Source: an uncultured Prevotella sp.
GTDB taxonomy: Bacteria > Bacteroidota > Bacteroidia > Bacteroidales > Bacteroidaceae
NCBI GenBank assembly: GCA_900319895.1
Contig: ONQK01000052.1
Coordinates: forward strand, 1-36,752
Length of the DNA: 36,752 nt
Direction: 5' to 3'
The notes beneath the pieces are model-generated. The model made no database searches, was not told where the DNA came from, and worked only from the letters and a program-made list of their open reading frames with translations. This document shows, piece after piece, positions 18,196 through 27,020 of the stretch (position 1 is the first letter of the stretch; every line of letters begins with the position of its first letter). The translations under genes and the position numbers were made by a program.

Positions 18196-20418
18196 TTACA
18201 AACGAATCAAGCTCGAGCCCGTCATTTCCCTATCGCCCGTCAGCTGAACAGCATAAACAGCGCCAGGCAGGCGGCTGAGGTCAATGCGATATTCCGACTT
18301 GCCGGCAGGGAGCGTTTCATGGTGTACCAATGCACCGCCGACAGAATAGATGCGAACTGCAATTTTCCGACTTGACGGCTCTTTCAAATTGACAACAAGT
18401 TGTTTGTTTGAAACCTCCAATTTGGCAGAAGTATGTTTCAAAGAAAGCTCTTCAATGCAGCTCAACTGCAAAATATCGAGCAAACCGCGATAAACATCGA
18501 TCTGTCCATAACCATAATAGTTGTTGGGATAGCTCAAATCACTCTTCGTTTGCGTACAAGTACGGCTGAAAATACCCACAATATCCTCCGGGCTCAAAGT
18601 CGGATTAGCCTGCAGCCAAAGAGCTATCGCACCGGCAACGGCAGGCGTGGCCATTGAAGTTCCCGAGTCGGCGTTCCATCCATATTCACGACCATTGAAG
18701 GTTGAGGTTTGCACGGTATTCATCGCTTCGTCTTGACCATTCTGGGAATTCAGGTAGAAATGGCTGAATGCTGAAATGATATGGGTACCCGGAGCCATGA
18801 CATCTGGCTTTATTCTACCGTCGAGCGTTGGCCCCGTTGACGAGAAGTCGGCGCGTTCACCACCCTCGCCGTAATAATCATCGTCCATGAGCTCACCGGA
18901 TTTATTAACGAACTGGGTTCTATGAGCTGTTGCGCCTACACTGATAACTCGCGGTGCGGCACTGGGCGAGTTGATCGTATGTGAGTTTTCTGCATATTTT
19001 AAATGCTCCTCATCGCCATTCCCAAAAAATCCACTTCTCGCAAAGAACTCAATTTCGGCCTCATCGCCAATTACTTCAAAGTAGGCATTTTCCCAAAGTC
19101 CAATTGAGCCAGAGCTTTTAATTACGACATCATACACATATTCCGAAGCATTGTAACATGAACGATAAGCGTGAACAGTAAACTCGAATTGACTTTCCCC
19201 ACTGCCATTGACCATTCTCTTTTCATGGGAATAAATGGAGTCGGGCAAAGCGCAAACCTCTGTTGTTGTAATAGTGTGTGAATCCAGCAGGTCCGTATTT
19301 TCCCAAGTATCCGGGTCTTGGCCATACATCAGGAATTTCAATTGAAACGGTTGCGCGGATTTTAGAGTAAAGGAGCATGGCGTACCCGTCATAGTAAACA
19401 AAACGAGACCCGCTTTTTCTGCACCTGCAGGTTTTTTGAAATAAGAGTAATCGCTTGCGTTATTACCGGCAGAAGCGACCAAGATGCGGCCAGGGCCAAC
19501 CATTTGGTCAAGTACTTCATAGAAAAGGCGTTCTTCTTCCTCAAAAGTCTCGGAGGAGCCTTCGCTGAAAGAGATGACGCAAGGTTGTTCCATTTCTTTA
19601 GCATAGTCGAAGATGTATTTGAAGCCCAAAACGTCTGTCGCTGTAGTGAACTTATTGTAATCTTCATCCGCAATCAAATGGGCGTTATTGCCCGTCGCAT
19701 TATTAACGACACACATGTCGCTTTCATAAGCCACGCCGCGATACGGGGTGTCATAGCCGCTGCCCGCCGCAGTTCCCAACGTATGGGTGCCATGCGAGAA
19801 CTCCAGCCCATCATAGGAGCGTTCACAATTTTTGATATCCTCCTCGGTCCTGAAATCCTTTCCTACAGGCAAAGTTGCATTGCCGTTTCTTGCCAACTGG
19901 TCCCAGAAACGCTTGATGCGGTAATTGGTCGCCGTCGCATCATAAAAAGTCGGGTTGGTCAAGTCAAAACCAATGTCCATAATACCCACCACAGTACCTT
20001 TGCCCGTATAAGCCTGAGGCATGTTCTTGCCTTCATAGGCTGGAAGGGCATTGATGGCGCGCGCTATCGAATCATTTTTCACACTGCGGACGCGATTCGC
20101 CTCAATACGCTGGACATTCTTGTTCAAAGACAAAGCAGGCATGCTGCTCAAGGGAATGTTTGCGATGTAAATATCGCCAAACTGCGCCAACTTCTGGCAG
20201 CCATACTCTTCAAGCACCGCTTCTGCATCCTGGTTGATACGGATGAAAGCACAAACGACTGGCGACTTGAAGTTCGCGCCTTTCACACGATTGGCAGAAA
20301 CCTGATGTTGCACTGTCAGCTCCCTGATGAAGCTTGACATCTTGTTGTAATTTGGTCGTTGAGCCATTGTTCCAACAGCAATCAACAACAAAAAGAATAA
20401 AGATAATTGCTTTTTCAT
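18196..20418 (-). CDS. S8 (subtilisin-like) serine peptidase with probable T9SS C-terminal domain, paralogue 1
   Basis: Signal peptide, GIMDIGFD (Asp), HGTHTLG (His), SAGN, GTSMATP (Ser), C-terminal IYSVGG...GAVYAVQ...LIRL. Confidence 0.9.
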   Translation of the reverse strand: MKKQLSLFFLLLIAVGTMAQRPNYNKMSSFIRELTVQHQVSANRVKGANFKSPVVCAFIRINQDAEAVLEEYGCQKLAQFGDIYIANIPLSSMPALSLNKNVQRIEANRVRSVKNDSIARAINALPAYEGKNMPQAYTGKGTVVGIMDIGFDLTNPTFYDATATNYRIKRFWDQLARNGNATLPVGKDFRTEEDIKNCERSYDGLEFSHGTHTLGTAAGSGYDTPYRGVAYESDMCVVNNATGNNAHLIADEDYNKFTTATDVLGFKYIFDYAKEMEQPCVISFSEGSSETFEEEERLFYEVLDQMVGPGRILVASAGNNASDYSYFKKPAGAEKAGLVLFTMTGTPCSFTLKSAQPFQLKFLMYGQDPDTWENTDLLDSHTITTTEVCALPDSIYSHEKRMVNGSGESQFEFTVHAYRSCYNASEYVYDVVIKSSGSIGLWENAYFEVIGDEAEIEFFARSGFFGNGDEEHLKYAENSHTINSPSAAPRVISVGATAHRTQFVNKSGELMDDDYYGEGGERADFSSTGPTLDGRIKPDVMAPGTHIISAFSHFYLNSQNGQDEAMNTVQTSTFNGREYGWNADSGTSMATPAVAGAIALWLQANPTLSPEDIVGIFSRTCTQTKSDLSYPNNYYGYGQIDVYRGLLDILQLSCIEELSLKHTSAKLEVSNKQLVVNLKEPSSRKIAVRIYSVGGALVHHETLPAGKSEYRIDLSRLPGAVYAVQLTGDREMTGSSLIRL

Positions 20419-20486
20419 TAGATTGAATTTTTTTCGCTCACAAAATAAACAAAAAAAATCGGAAAATGCAAATTTTCACATATATT

Positions 20487-20624
20487 TCATTTGCGAAGAG
20501 GATGCACCCACTTGTGCGCATCCTCTTGATACGGCTTGATGGCGTCTTCCCCTATTTTTTGTGCTTTGGGGATTTTGGAAAAGTCCTCCTGCACAAATCG
20601 TTTCAAAGCTGTCTGTCTTTTCAT
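20487..20624 (-). pseudogene. 45-aa ORF, probable remnant of an internally deleted gene
   Basis: A-rich start context AAAAATAACCAAAAGATG; MKRQTALK...HKWVHPLRK; sits among other remnants. Confidence 0.35.
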
Positions 20625-20631
20625 CTTTTGG

Positions 20632-20841
20632 TTATTTTTGAGTTTGACGATGCCGCTGCATGTAGCGTCGGGCGACATTGGTCGTAAAACTTTTCAACCA
20701 TGCCCCAAAACGTCCAGGGTCATGCAGTTGCCCCATCTTGGCAAAGGCTAGTAGGAATGCATCATGTGCCAATTCCTCTGCCACATATTTTTCAAAGAGA
20801 GCCTTTCCTATGCCCGATGTCGCTCCGATGATGATGTTCAT
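20632..20841 (-). pseudogene. In-frame chimera of an SDR N-terminus and an ECF sigma-70 region 2 fragment (69 aa)
   Basis: MNIIIGATSGIGKALFEKY fused to VAEELAHDAFLLAFAKMGQLHDPGRFGAWLKSFTTNVARRY. Confidence 0.7.
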
Positions 20842-20855
20842 TTCGTTTTTGAGCA

Positions 20856-20863
20856 CAAAGGTA
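20856..20863 (-). promoter_or_regulatory. -7 element upstream of the SDR remnant
   Basis: TACCTTTG(TGC) 15 nt before the ATG at 20841. Confidence 0.65.
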
Positions 20864-20906
20864 ATGAGAATGTATAAGCAAAAACGTGTATTTTGAAATA
20901 AAAACG

Positions 20907-20942
20907 CCTTCAACCTCTCAAAATATTTTGAGAGGTTGAAGG
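20907..20942. repeat. Perfect 36-bp palindrome without spacer
   Basis: CCTTCAACCTCTCAAAAT|ATTTTGAGAGGTTGAAGG. Confidence 0.95.
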
Positions 20943-21332
20943 TTATCTCACGGCGAATGTTACTGATAGTGGTAGGAGTTACTTTCAGATAAGAGGCTAT
21001 GTCTTTCAGGCTGATACTTTGCACAATCTCCCAGCCATAATAGTCGCCTCGGAGGGCTTGCCTGAAAGACAATTAGGGTAATCTGCGACAAACTCGCCCT
21101 CAAAGGCAAAGCCCGTGCAGTAGTCCTTTCCCTCCTTGTCGTTGTGCACCATGTACTTGAAGCAACCCCGCTCCACATATGCCACCCACTGCGCCAGATG
21201 GCCAGCCTCCTCCAGCGTCTCGCCGCGCAGAAACGTCCGCCTCTCCCCATGCTCCATGCAGTACGCTCGCAGGAACTCCAGGTCCAGCCCCTCCGCATAG
21301 GTGTTGAAGCGTTTGGTCGGTTGATGGGTCAT
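20940..21332 (-). pseudogene. Crp/Fnr family regulator pseudogene (internal deletion plus frameshift)
   Basis: cNMP-domain N-terminus (RGETLEEAG..YVERGCFKY..GFAFEGEF) breaks at about 21031; HTH tail (EIVQSISLKDIASYLKVTPTTISNIRREI) follows immediately in another frame. Confidence 0.8.
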
Positions 21333-21333
21333 G

Positions 21334-23532
21334 TTACAAACGTATCAAAGTGGAGCCTGAACAGCTCGGCGCACCCGTGATTTGCACCACATAAACGCCG
21401 TTGGCTTTGCCCAACAAGGGGATTTGACAGCTGGTGCCGCCAACCTCCACCTGATGATTTGCCTGCAAAATACCCGATAAATTGAAGACCTTGACCGTAG
21501 CTGCCGCCTCCAAAGGATGGTCAAAGGTAACAACCACGCGCCTTTCCTCATCAATGCGTATTTGAGCCGAGGTGTGACGGGTTGAAATTTCATCGATACC
21601 CGTTAATCCAAGTATGTCGAGCAAACCGCGATACACATCTATTTGTCCATAACCGTAATAATTGTTGGGATAGGTCAATGATGCATCATAATGTGAACAA
21701 GTGCGCGCAAAAACCCCCATCACGTCTTGCATCGTCAAATCTGGCTTTGCCTCAAGCCAAAGTGCGATAGCGCCTGCCACGACCGGGGTTGACATCGAGG
21801 TTCCGGAATTGCTGTTCCAAGCATAGGTTCTACCATTGAAGGTGAAATGCTCTACGTCGTATTTAACAATGTCTTCTGCCTCGGGATTATTTTCCAGATA
21901 ATAGCTGCTGTACGATGAGATAACGTTCATCCCTGGTGCCAGAACATCTGGTTTCACACGTCCGTCATACGTCGGACCGACCGAAGAATAACCGCCGCGC
22001 TCACCGTTTTTGCCGAAATTGAACTCCACCCACTCGCCGCGATAGTTCAGCGTATGGGTCCTGTATGCACTTCCTCCCACGCAAATGACGCCCGGCGCAC
22101 TACCTGGCGAGAAGATGTTATGTGTGCATTCTGCCGCTTCCAAATCGGGGTTGAGGGCATTCTGCACTAGCGATCCTGTCATCCTGAAGAGTTCTATGTC
22201 AGCGTCTTCCCCGATTATTTCCAATGAGACAGGTGTGTCAAAGCCCAATGGCCGGCTCGATTCAACCATTACATCGTAAACGTATTCTTTTTGATTATAG
22301 CACGAGGGGTAAGCCAGTATCGTAAACTTGAATTTCTCATCATCGACCATGATGCTGTCCACCGTAAGCGAGTCTTCAACTACTGATAAATCCACGGTTT
22401 TGAAGACTTTTTTGACAGGATTGGCATGGTCGCCATAAATGGAGAGAGAGAGGTCGAAATGTTGCTCTGATTTCACGCTTACAGCCGCAACCTGAGCACC
22501 GCTCTGTAAAAATGTACCCGCGAGCCGCCTGCCCTTGGGCTTATGGATATAAGAAGGTGTAACCCCTTGGTTTCCTGCCGAGACAACGATGATGCGGCCG
22601 GGGCCGACGAGGCTGTCGATCATCTCGTAGTACAATTGGTCGTATCCATAGAAGTCTTGGAGACCTCCTTCGCTAAAAGAGATGACGCAGGGCTTCCCAA
22701 CCGACTTGGCATAGTCGAAAATATACTTGAACCCGAGGACGTCGGTGGCATAGGTGTATTTATAAATGTCCTCTTCCTCAATGAAAATCATGTCTCTTGA
22801 TACGGCGTTGCTCACGACACACATTTCGCTCTCATAAGCCATTCCCCGATAAGGCGACCGATAGCCACTGCCAGCGGCAATGCCCAGTGTGTGGGTGCCA
22901 TGGGTTTCACAAAGCCCGTCGCGCGAATGGGCATAGGCTAAAATTGACTCGCGCGTGGAATAATCATTGCCTACATATAAATTGCTGCCCACCGTGTCTA
23001 CCGAAAGCTGGTCCCAAAAGGCTTTAATGCGGTAGTCGGTAGCTGTCGAGTCATAAAAATTAGGATGCGTCAAGTCAAAGCCAATGTCCTGAACACCCAT
23101 GACAACTCCTTTTCCCGTATAAGCCTGCGGAAGATTGACGCCGGCATAGACTGGCAATGTGTTGACATGCATGGCGGTTGAGTCCATGGCTATTTCGCAA
23201 GGACGGCCTGAGGCGATCCGCTTGACTGCTGGCTCCAGCGAAAATTGTGGCAAACTGCTCAACGGAATACTGACTACGGCCAAGTCGCCAAAGCGCAACA
23301 GGCTACGGCAACCATATTTTTGGAACAAAGCACCGTGGTCGCCCGCGACCTTGACAATAGCGCTCAACTCGCGCATGTCGGCTGCTGCCCGACGATGGCT
23401 CGTGGTGCGCGGACTACATTCTTTCGTGACAATGTTGCGGACAAAAGGCGACATCTTCGAATAAGCGGCGCGCTGGGCAAATCCTTCTAGTGAAATTGTC
23501 AAAAACAGGAACAAAAGCAGTCGATGATACAT
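21334..23532 (-). CDS. S8 serine peptidase with probable T9SS C-terminal domain, paralogue 2
   Basis: GVQDIGFD, HGTHTLG, SAGN, GTSMSTP; C-terminal VFNLSG...GVYVVQ...LIRL; collinear with paralogue 1. Confidence 0.9.
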   Translation of the reverse strand: MYHRLLLFLFLTISLEGFAQRAAYSKMSPFVRNIVTKECSPRTTSHRRAAADMRELSAIVKVAGDHGALFQKYGCRSLLRFGDLAVVSIPLSSLPQFSLEPAVKRIASGRPCEIAMDSTAMHVNTLPVYAGVNLPQAYTGKGVVMGVQDIGFDLTHPNFYDSTATDYRIKAFWDQLSVDTVGSNLYVGNDYSTRESILAYAHSRDGLCETHGTHTLGIAAGSGYRSPYRGMAYESEMCVVSNAVSRDMIFIEEEDIYKYTYATDVLGFKYIFDYAKSVGKPCVISFSEGGLQDFYGYDQLYYEMIDSLVGPGRIIVVSAGNQGVTPSYIHKPKGRRLAGTFLQSGAQVAAVSVKSEQHFDLSLSIYGDHANPVKKVFKTVDLSVVEDSLTVDSIMVDDEKFKFTILAYPSCYNQKEYVYDVMVESSRPLGFDTPVSLEIIGEDADIELFRMTGSLVQNALNPDLEAAECTHNIFSPGSAPGVICVGGSAYRTHTLNYRGEWVEFNFGKNGERGGYSSVGPTYDGRVKPDVLAPGMNVISSYSSYYLENNPEAEDIVKYDVEHFTFNGRTYAWNSNSGTSMSTPVVAGAIALWLEAKPDLTMQDVMGVFARTCSHYDASLTYPNNYYGYGQIDVYRGLLDILGLTGIDEISTRHTSAQIRIDEERRVVVTFDHPLEAAATVKVFNLSGILQANHQVEVGGTSCQIPLLGKANGVYVVQITGAPSCSGSTLIRL

Positions 23533-23562
23533 TGTTATCTTGAATTTTTTTAATTTATTTTA

Positions 23563-23570
23563 CAAAAATA
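23563..23570 (-). promoter_or_regulatory. -7 element for S8 paralogue 2
   Basis: TATTTTTG on minus strand. Confidence 0.65.
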
Positions 23571-23645
23571 GCATTTTATTTTGAAATTCCAGCCTTTTTG
23601 TCCATTTTTTCGGACTGGTTTAATGTCGACTGCCATTAAAGGATT

Positions 23646-23679
23646 AAAAGAATGAGAGCGATGCCAAGCACCGCTCTCA
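23646..23679 (-). terminator. Intrinsic terminator (candidate sRNA and possibly aroC transcript)
   Basis: TGAGAGCGGTGC-TTG-GCATCGCTCTCA-TTCTTTT. Confidence 0.85.
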
Positions 23680-23746
23680 ACCAACACAAAAACTAATTAG
23701 ACATTGCTAATTACGAGACCGATATTTCGCAACATCATCCTCGTGA
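23646..23746 (-). ncRNA. Candidate independently transcribed small RNA (~100 nt)
   Basis: Orphan -7 box, GCGA-tetraloop 5' stem, second stem, U-rich single strand, terminator with minus-strand-only G-U pair. Confidence 0.6.
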
Positions 23747-23749
23747 GTG

Positions 23750-23757
23750 CAAATGTA
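23750..23757 (-). promoter_or_regulatory. Orphan -7 element downstream of aroC
   Basis: TACATTTG(CAC), with TTG about 20 nt upstream. Confidence 0.65.
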
Positions 23758-23819
23758 TATATTTTTTCTAAGAAAAACAACATTTTTATACTAAAAACGA
23801 CAAAATCATTGCTATTTTA

Positions 23820-24896
23820 CTACAATCTGACTGTTTTTGATAACAAATATTGGTCTAAAATGGTCATTGCCGCCATGGACTCGACCAATGGAACTGCACG
23901 TGGAACCACACAAGTGTCGTGCCGCCCAGGCACGTTCAGCACCACGCCCCTGCCTTCCGTATCAACCGTCTGCTGCGGCTGCATCAACGTTGGCACCGCC
24001 TTGAAGGCTATCCGGAAATAGATGTCCTCACCATTGCTGATGCCTCCTTGAATGCCGCCACTATGATTGGTTTGCGGGCGAATCTTACCATTGTCATTCA
24101 CCCAAGCATCATTCTGGCTACTGCCGCGCAGGCGTGCGCCATCAAAACCGACACCATACTCAAACCCTTTCGCTGCATTGATGCTCAACATCGCTTGGCC
24201 CAAAGCTGCGTGGAGCTTGCCAAATTCCGGTTCTCCAAGTCCCGGCGGACAGCCTTGGACGACACAGGTCACCACGCCGCCAAGAGAATCGCCGGCGCGG
24301 CGGGTCTGCTCTATCAATTGCTGCATCTCAACAGCCTTCTGTCCATCAGGGCATCTCACGTCATTGGATTCGGACAAACTGAGGTCCAAACTACGGTAAT
24401 CTGCTTCCAAGGACACTGTGCCTATCTGGGAGGTGAATGCGTGAATTTCAACGTTAATCGTACGCAATGCCAATTTTGCCAACGCTCCGGCCACGCATCG
24501 CGCTATCGTAATGCGGGCAGACGAGCGCCCGCCTCCCCGATGGTCCCTGATACCATATTTTTCTTGGTAGGTAAAGTCGGCATGTGAAGGGCGGAAGACG
24601 TGGCGCAACCCATCATAGTCGGCCGTCTTTGCATTGGTGTTGCGAACAATAAAACCAATGGGCGCACCAGTAGACTTGCCCTCGAAAATCCCGCTCAGCA
24701 ACTCTACTTCGTCTGGCTCTTGACGCTGACTGACCAATCGGCTTTGCCCAGGTCGCCGGCGGTTCAGTTCGTTTTGAATAAAAGGTAAGTCAATGGCTAT
24801 TCCTGCCGGAAAGCCGTCGACTACGCCGCCGACGACCTCGCCATGGCTCTCACCAAAGGAAGTCAGCGTATAGATATGTCCAAAAGTATTTCTCAT
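23820..24896 (-). CDS. aroC: Chorismate synthase
   Basis: [39 protein letters not shown]. Confidence 0.97.
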   Translation of the reverse strand: MRNTFGHIYTLTSFGESHGEVVGGVVDGFPAGIAIDLPFIQNELNRRRPGQSRLVSQRQEPDEVELLSGIFEGKSTGAPIGFIVRNTNAKTADYDGLRHVFRPSHADFTYQEKYGIRDHRGGGRSSARITIARCVAGALAKLALRTINVEIHAFTSQIGTVSLEADYRSLDLSLSESNDVRCPDGQKAVEMQQLIEQTRRAGDSLGGVVTCVVQGCPPGLGEPEFGKLHAALGQAMLSINAAKGFEYGVGFDGARLRGSSQNDAWVNDNGKIRPQTNHSGGIQGGISNGEDIYFRIAFKAVPTLMQPQQTVDTEGRGVVLNVPGRHDTCVVPRAVPLVESMAAMTILDQYLLSKTVRL

Positions 24897-24929
24897 CAGC
24901 CGTTTTGAGCAAATGTTCCACCGCTTGCC

Positions 24930-25493
24930 TTAGTGGCAACCGCAGCCACAGCCGCAACCGCCTTCGCTGTCGTGCTCACAATTGCAGTCATCACCGCAGC
25001 CACAAGAATGGTTGAGCATGTGATTGATTTCCTCTGCCGTTGCCTCGCGAGACTCTATGACACTTCCCTTAAAGCGCAAAGTCTTTCCTGCCAACGGATG
25101 GTTGAGGTCCATTTTCACTTTATCCTCAGAAATTTCGAGCACATGGCCTAAAAAATGGTTGCCGTCTTCGTTCTGAAGAGGGACAAAGGCATCAACCTTG
25201 ATGTTGTCGTGGTCAAAATGACCATTGATCTTGAACATTTCTTTGTCTAAATCAAGTACGCGCTCAGGCATGAAATCGCCGTATGCCTCGTCTTTGGTCA
25301 ATTGGAAGTCGAACGTGGCCGACTTTTCCAGCTTCACGATTTCTTCCTCAAAACGTGGGAGCGTGGTGCCAAATCCGCTGATGAACTCGAAGGGCTTTGA
25401 CTCACTTGCCACTTCGACTAACTCGTCGCCGCCTTCACCGACGGTATAAAGCTGGTAAGAAACAGCTATCAATTTGTTGTTTTGTTTTTCCAT
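24930..25493 (-). CDS. slyD: FKBP-type peptidyl-prolyl isomerase with Cys/His-rich tail
   Basis: EAYG, DLNHPLAGKTLRF, REATAEE, tail HSCGCGDDCNCEHDSEGGCGCGCGCH; start moved to 25493 because the -7 box overlaps the upstream ATG. Confidence 0.9.
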   Translation of the reverse strand: MEKQNNKLIAVSYQLYTVGEGGDELVEVASESKPFEFISGFGTTLPRFEEEIVKLEKSATFDFQLTKDEAYGDFMPERVLDLDKEMFKINGHFDHDNIKVDAFVPLQNEDGNHFLGHVLEISEDKVKMDLNHPLAGKTLRFKGSVIESREATAEEINHMLNHSCGCGDDCNCEHDSEGGCGCGCGCH

Positions 25494-25517
25494 ATTTATT
25501 GTTATTTTTTGTAGATG

Positions 25518-25525
25518 CAAAGATA
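25518..25525 (-). promoter_or_regulatory. -7 element for slyD-aroC
   Basis: TATCTTTG(CA) on minus strand. Confidence 0.7.
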
Positions 25526-25583
25526 AGTAAATTTTTGGATTCCAGGGATTTTTTCATGTTTTTTAATCATCTTCATCCTCGCT

Positions 25584-26078
25584 TCAAATCTGTTCTTTCC
25601 CCAATAATTCATCGAGCAAGCCGCGACATGCGTCTTCCAGCAGGTCGAGCGCCCACTCAAAATCCCGTGGGCCGCCATAGTAAGGGTCTGGAACGCTGGC
25701 CTCTCCGGCATACTTGTGCAGGAAATCCGTCATTCTCCTGACTTTCCCACGCTCGGCGGAGGTTTGGGCCAAATGTGTGATGGCCCGGAAATTATCGGCG
25801 TCCATCGTCAGTATCAAGTCAAAATTGCCGAAATCACTCGATGAGGCAAATTGTCGGGCGCGATGTGTGAGCTGGAAGCCTCGTCTTGAAGCATGTTCGC
25901 GCATGCGACGGTCGGGCAGTTCGCCGGAATGCCAGCCGCCGATGCCAGCCGAGTCAATGTGGAAATCGGCAGACAAGCCACGCTCGTCTACCAAATGCTG
26001 CATGATGCCATGCGCTGCCGGCGAGCGGCAGATGTTTCCCAGGCAGATGAAAAGGAGCCTCTTCTTTGCTTTATCCAT
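25584..26078 (-). CDS. Low molecular weight protein-tyrosine phosphatase
   Basis: CLGNICRS P-loop, DSAG, PDPYYG. Confidence 0.93.
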   Translation of the reverse strand: MDKAKKRLLFICLGNICRSPAAHGIMQHLVDERGLSADFHIDSAGIGGWHSGELPDRRMREHASRRGFQLTHRARQFASSSDFGNFDLILTMDADNFRAITHLAQTSAERGKVRRMTDFLHKYAGEASVPDPYYGGPRDFEWALDLLEDACRGLLDELLGKEQI

Positions 26079-26105
26079 AAGTATTGCTTTAAATTGAACG
26101 GCGTT

Positions 26106-27020
26106 TCAGCCCATTGCCAAAGTGCCTATTATCTCTTGTACAGACTTGCAGCCATGCCGGTCAAGCCAAAGATTGATGCCCTCGCGCACCTTGACCGTCA
26201 CTTGCGGATCGATGAAATTTGCCGTCCCAATCTGAATGGCGGTCGCACCTGCCATCAAAAATTCGATGGCATCCTCAGCCGTGCTGATTCCTCCCAGGCC
26301 AATTACCGGAATATGCACTGCCTGCGCCACTTGCCAAACCATTCGAAGCGCCACCGGCTTGACTGCCGCGCCGCTCAAGCCACCCGTAGCAATGCTCAGC
26401 ACAGGGCGGCGGCGCTCAATATCTATCGCCATGCCCATTAACGTATTAATGAGCGAAACGCTGTCGGCGCCCTCGTCCTCACAAACCCTGGCAATCGAGG
26501 CAATGTCTGTCACATTGGGCGAGAGCTTGACTATCAGCGTCTTTTGGTATTTCCGCCTCACCGCCCGCACTACACTCGCAGCTCCTTCACACGAAGTGCC
26601 GAATGCCATGCCGCCTTTTTTGACGTTGGGACATGAGATGTTCAACTCTATCGCTGGGATGTGCTCCAATCCATTGATTCGCGCGGCACATTCAGCGTAG
26701 TCCTCTGCCGACGAGCCGCTGACATTGACCAGCACATTGGTTCCCAAATGCTGAATCTGAGGATAAATTTCCTCGCAAAAATAGTCCACGCCTTTATTTT
26801 GCAGTCCCACGCAATTCAACATGCCACTTGCCGTCTCTGCCATACGCGGATAGTCGTTGCCTTCGCGCGGAAGCAAGGTCGTTCCTTTGACGATGATGCC
26901 GCCTAAACCGCTCAAATCGACAAAATCCGCAAATTCAAGCCCATAGCCAAAGGTTCCAGAAGCTGTCATCACCGGATTTTTCAACGCAAGTCGACCGATA
27001 TTCACACTTAAATCTGCCAT
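26106..27020 (-). CDS. pyrD: Dihydroorotate dehydrogenase family 1B catalytic subunit
   Basis: [33 protein letters not shown]. Confidence 0.95.
   Translation of the reverse strand: MADLSVNIGRLALKNPVMTASGTFGYGLEFADFVDLSGLGGIIVKGTTLLPREGNDYPRMAETASGMLNCVGLQNKGVDYFCEEIYPQIQHLGTNVLVNVSGSSAEDYAECAARINGLEHIPAIELNISCPNVKKGGMAFGTSCEGAASVVRAVRRKYQKTLIVKLSPNVTDIASIARVCEDEGADSVSLINTLMGMAIDIERRRPVLSIATGGLSGAAVKPVALRMVWQVAQAVHIPVIGLGGISTAEDAIEFLMAGATAIQIGTANFIDPQVTVKVREGINLWLDRHGCKSVQEIIGTLAMG

Noticed and set aside
19504-20337. 277-aa plus-strand ORF, and similar long antisense ORFs over ilvE, aroC, pyrD and arcC
   Set aside because: Lie entirely opposite well-supported genes, with no start context or motifs
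20632-21072. 146-aa ORF as a single real gene
   Set aside because: It strings together the Crp tail, the palindrome, a promoter and the SDR/sigma fragments; the plausible start is 20841
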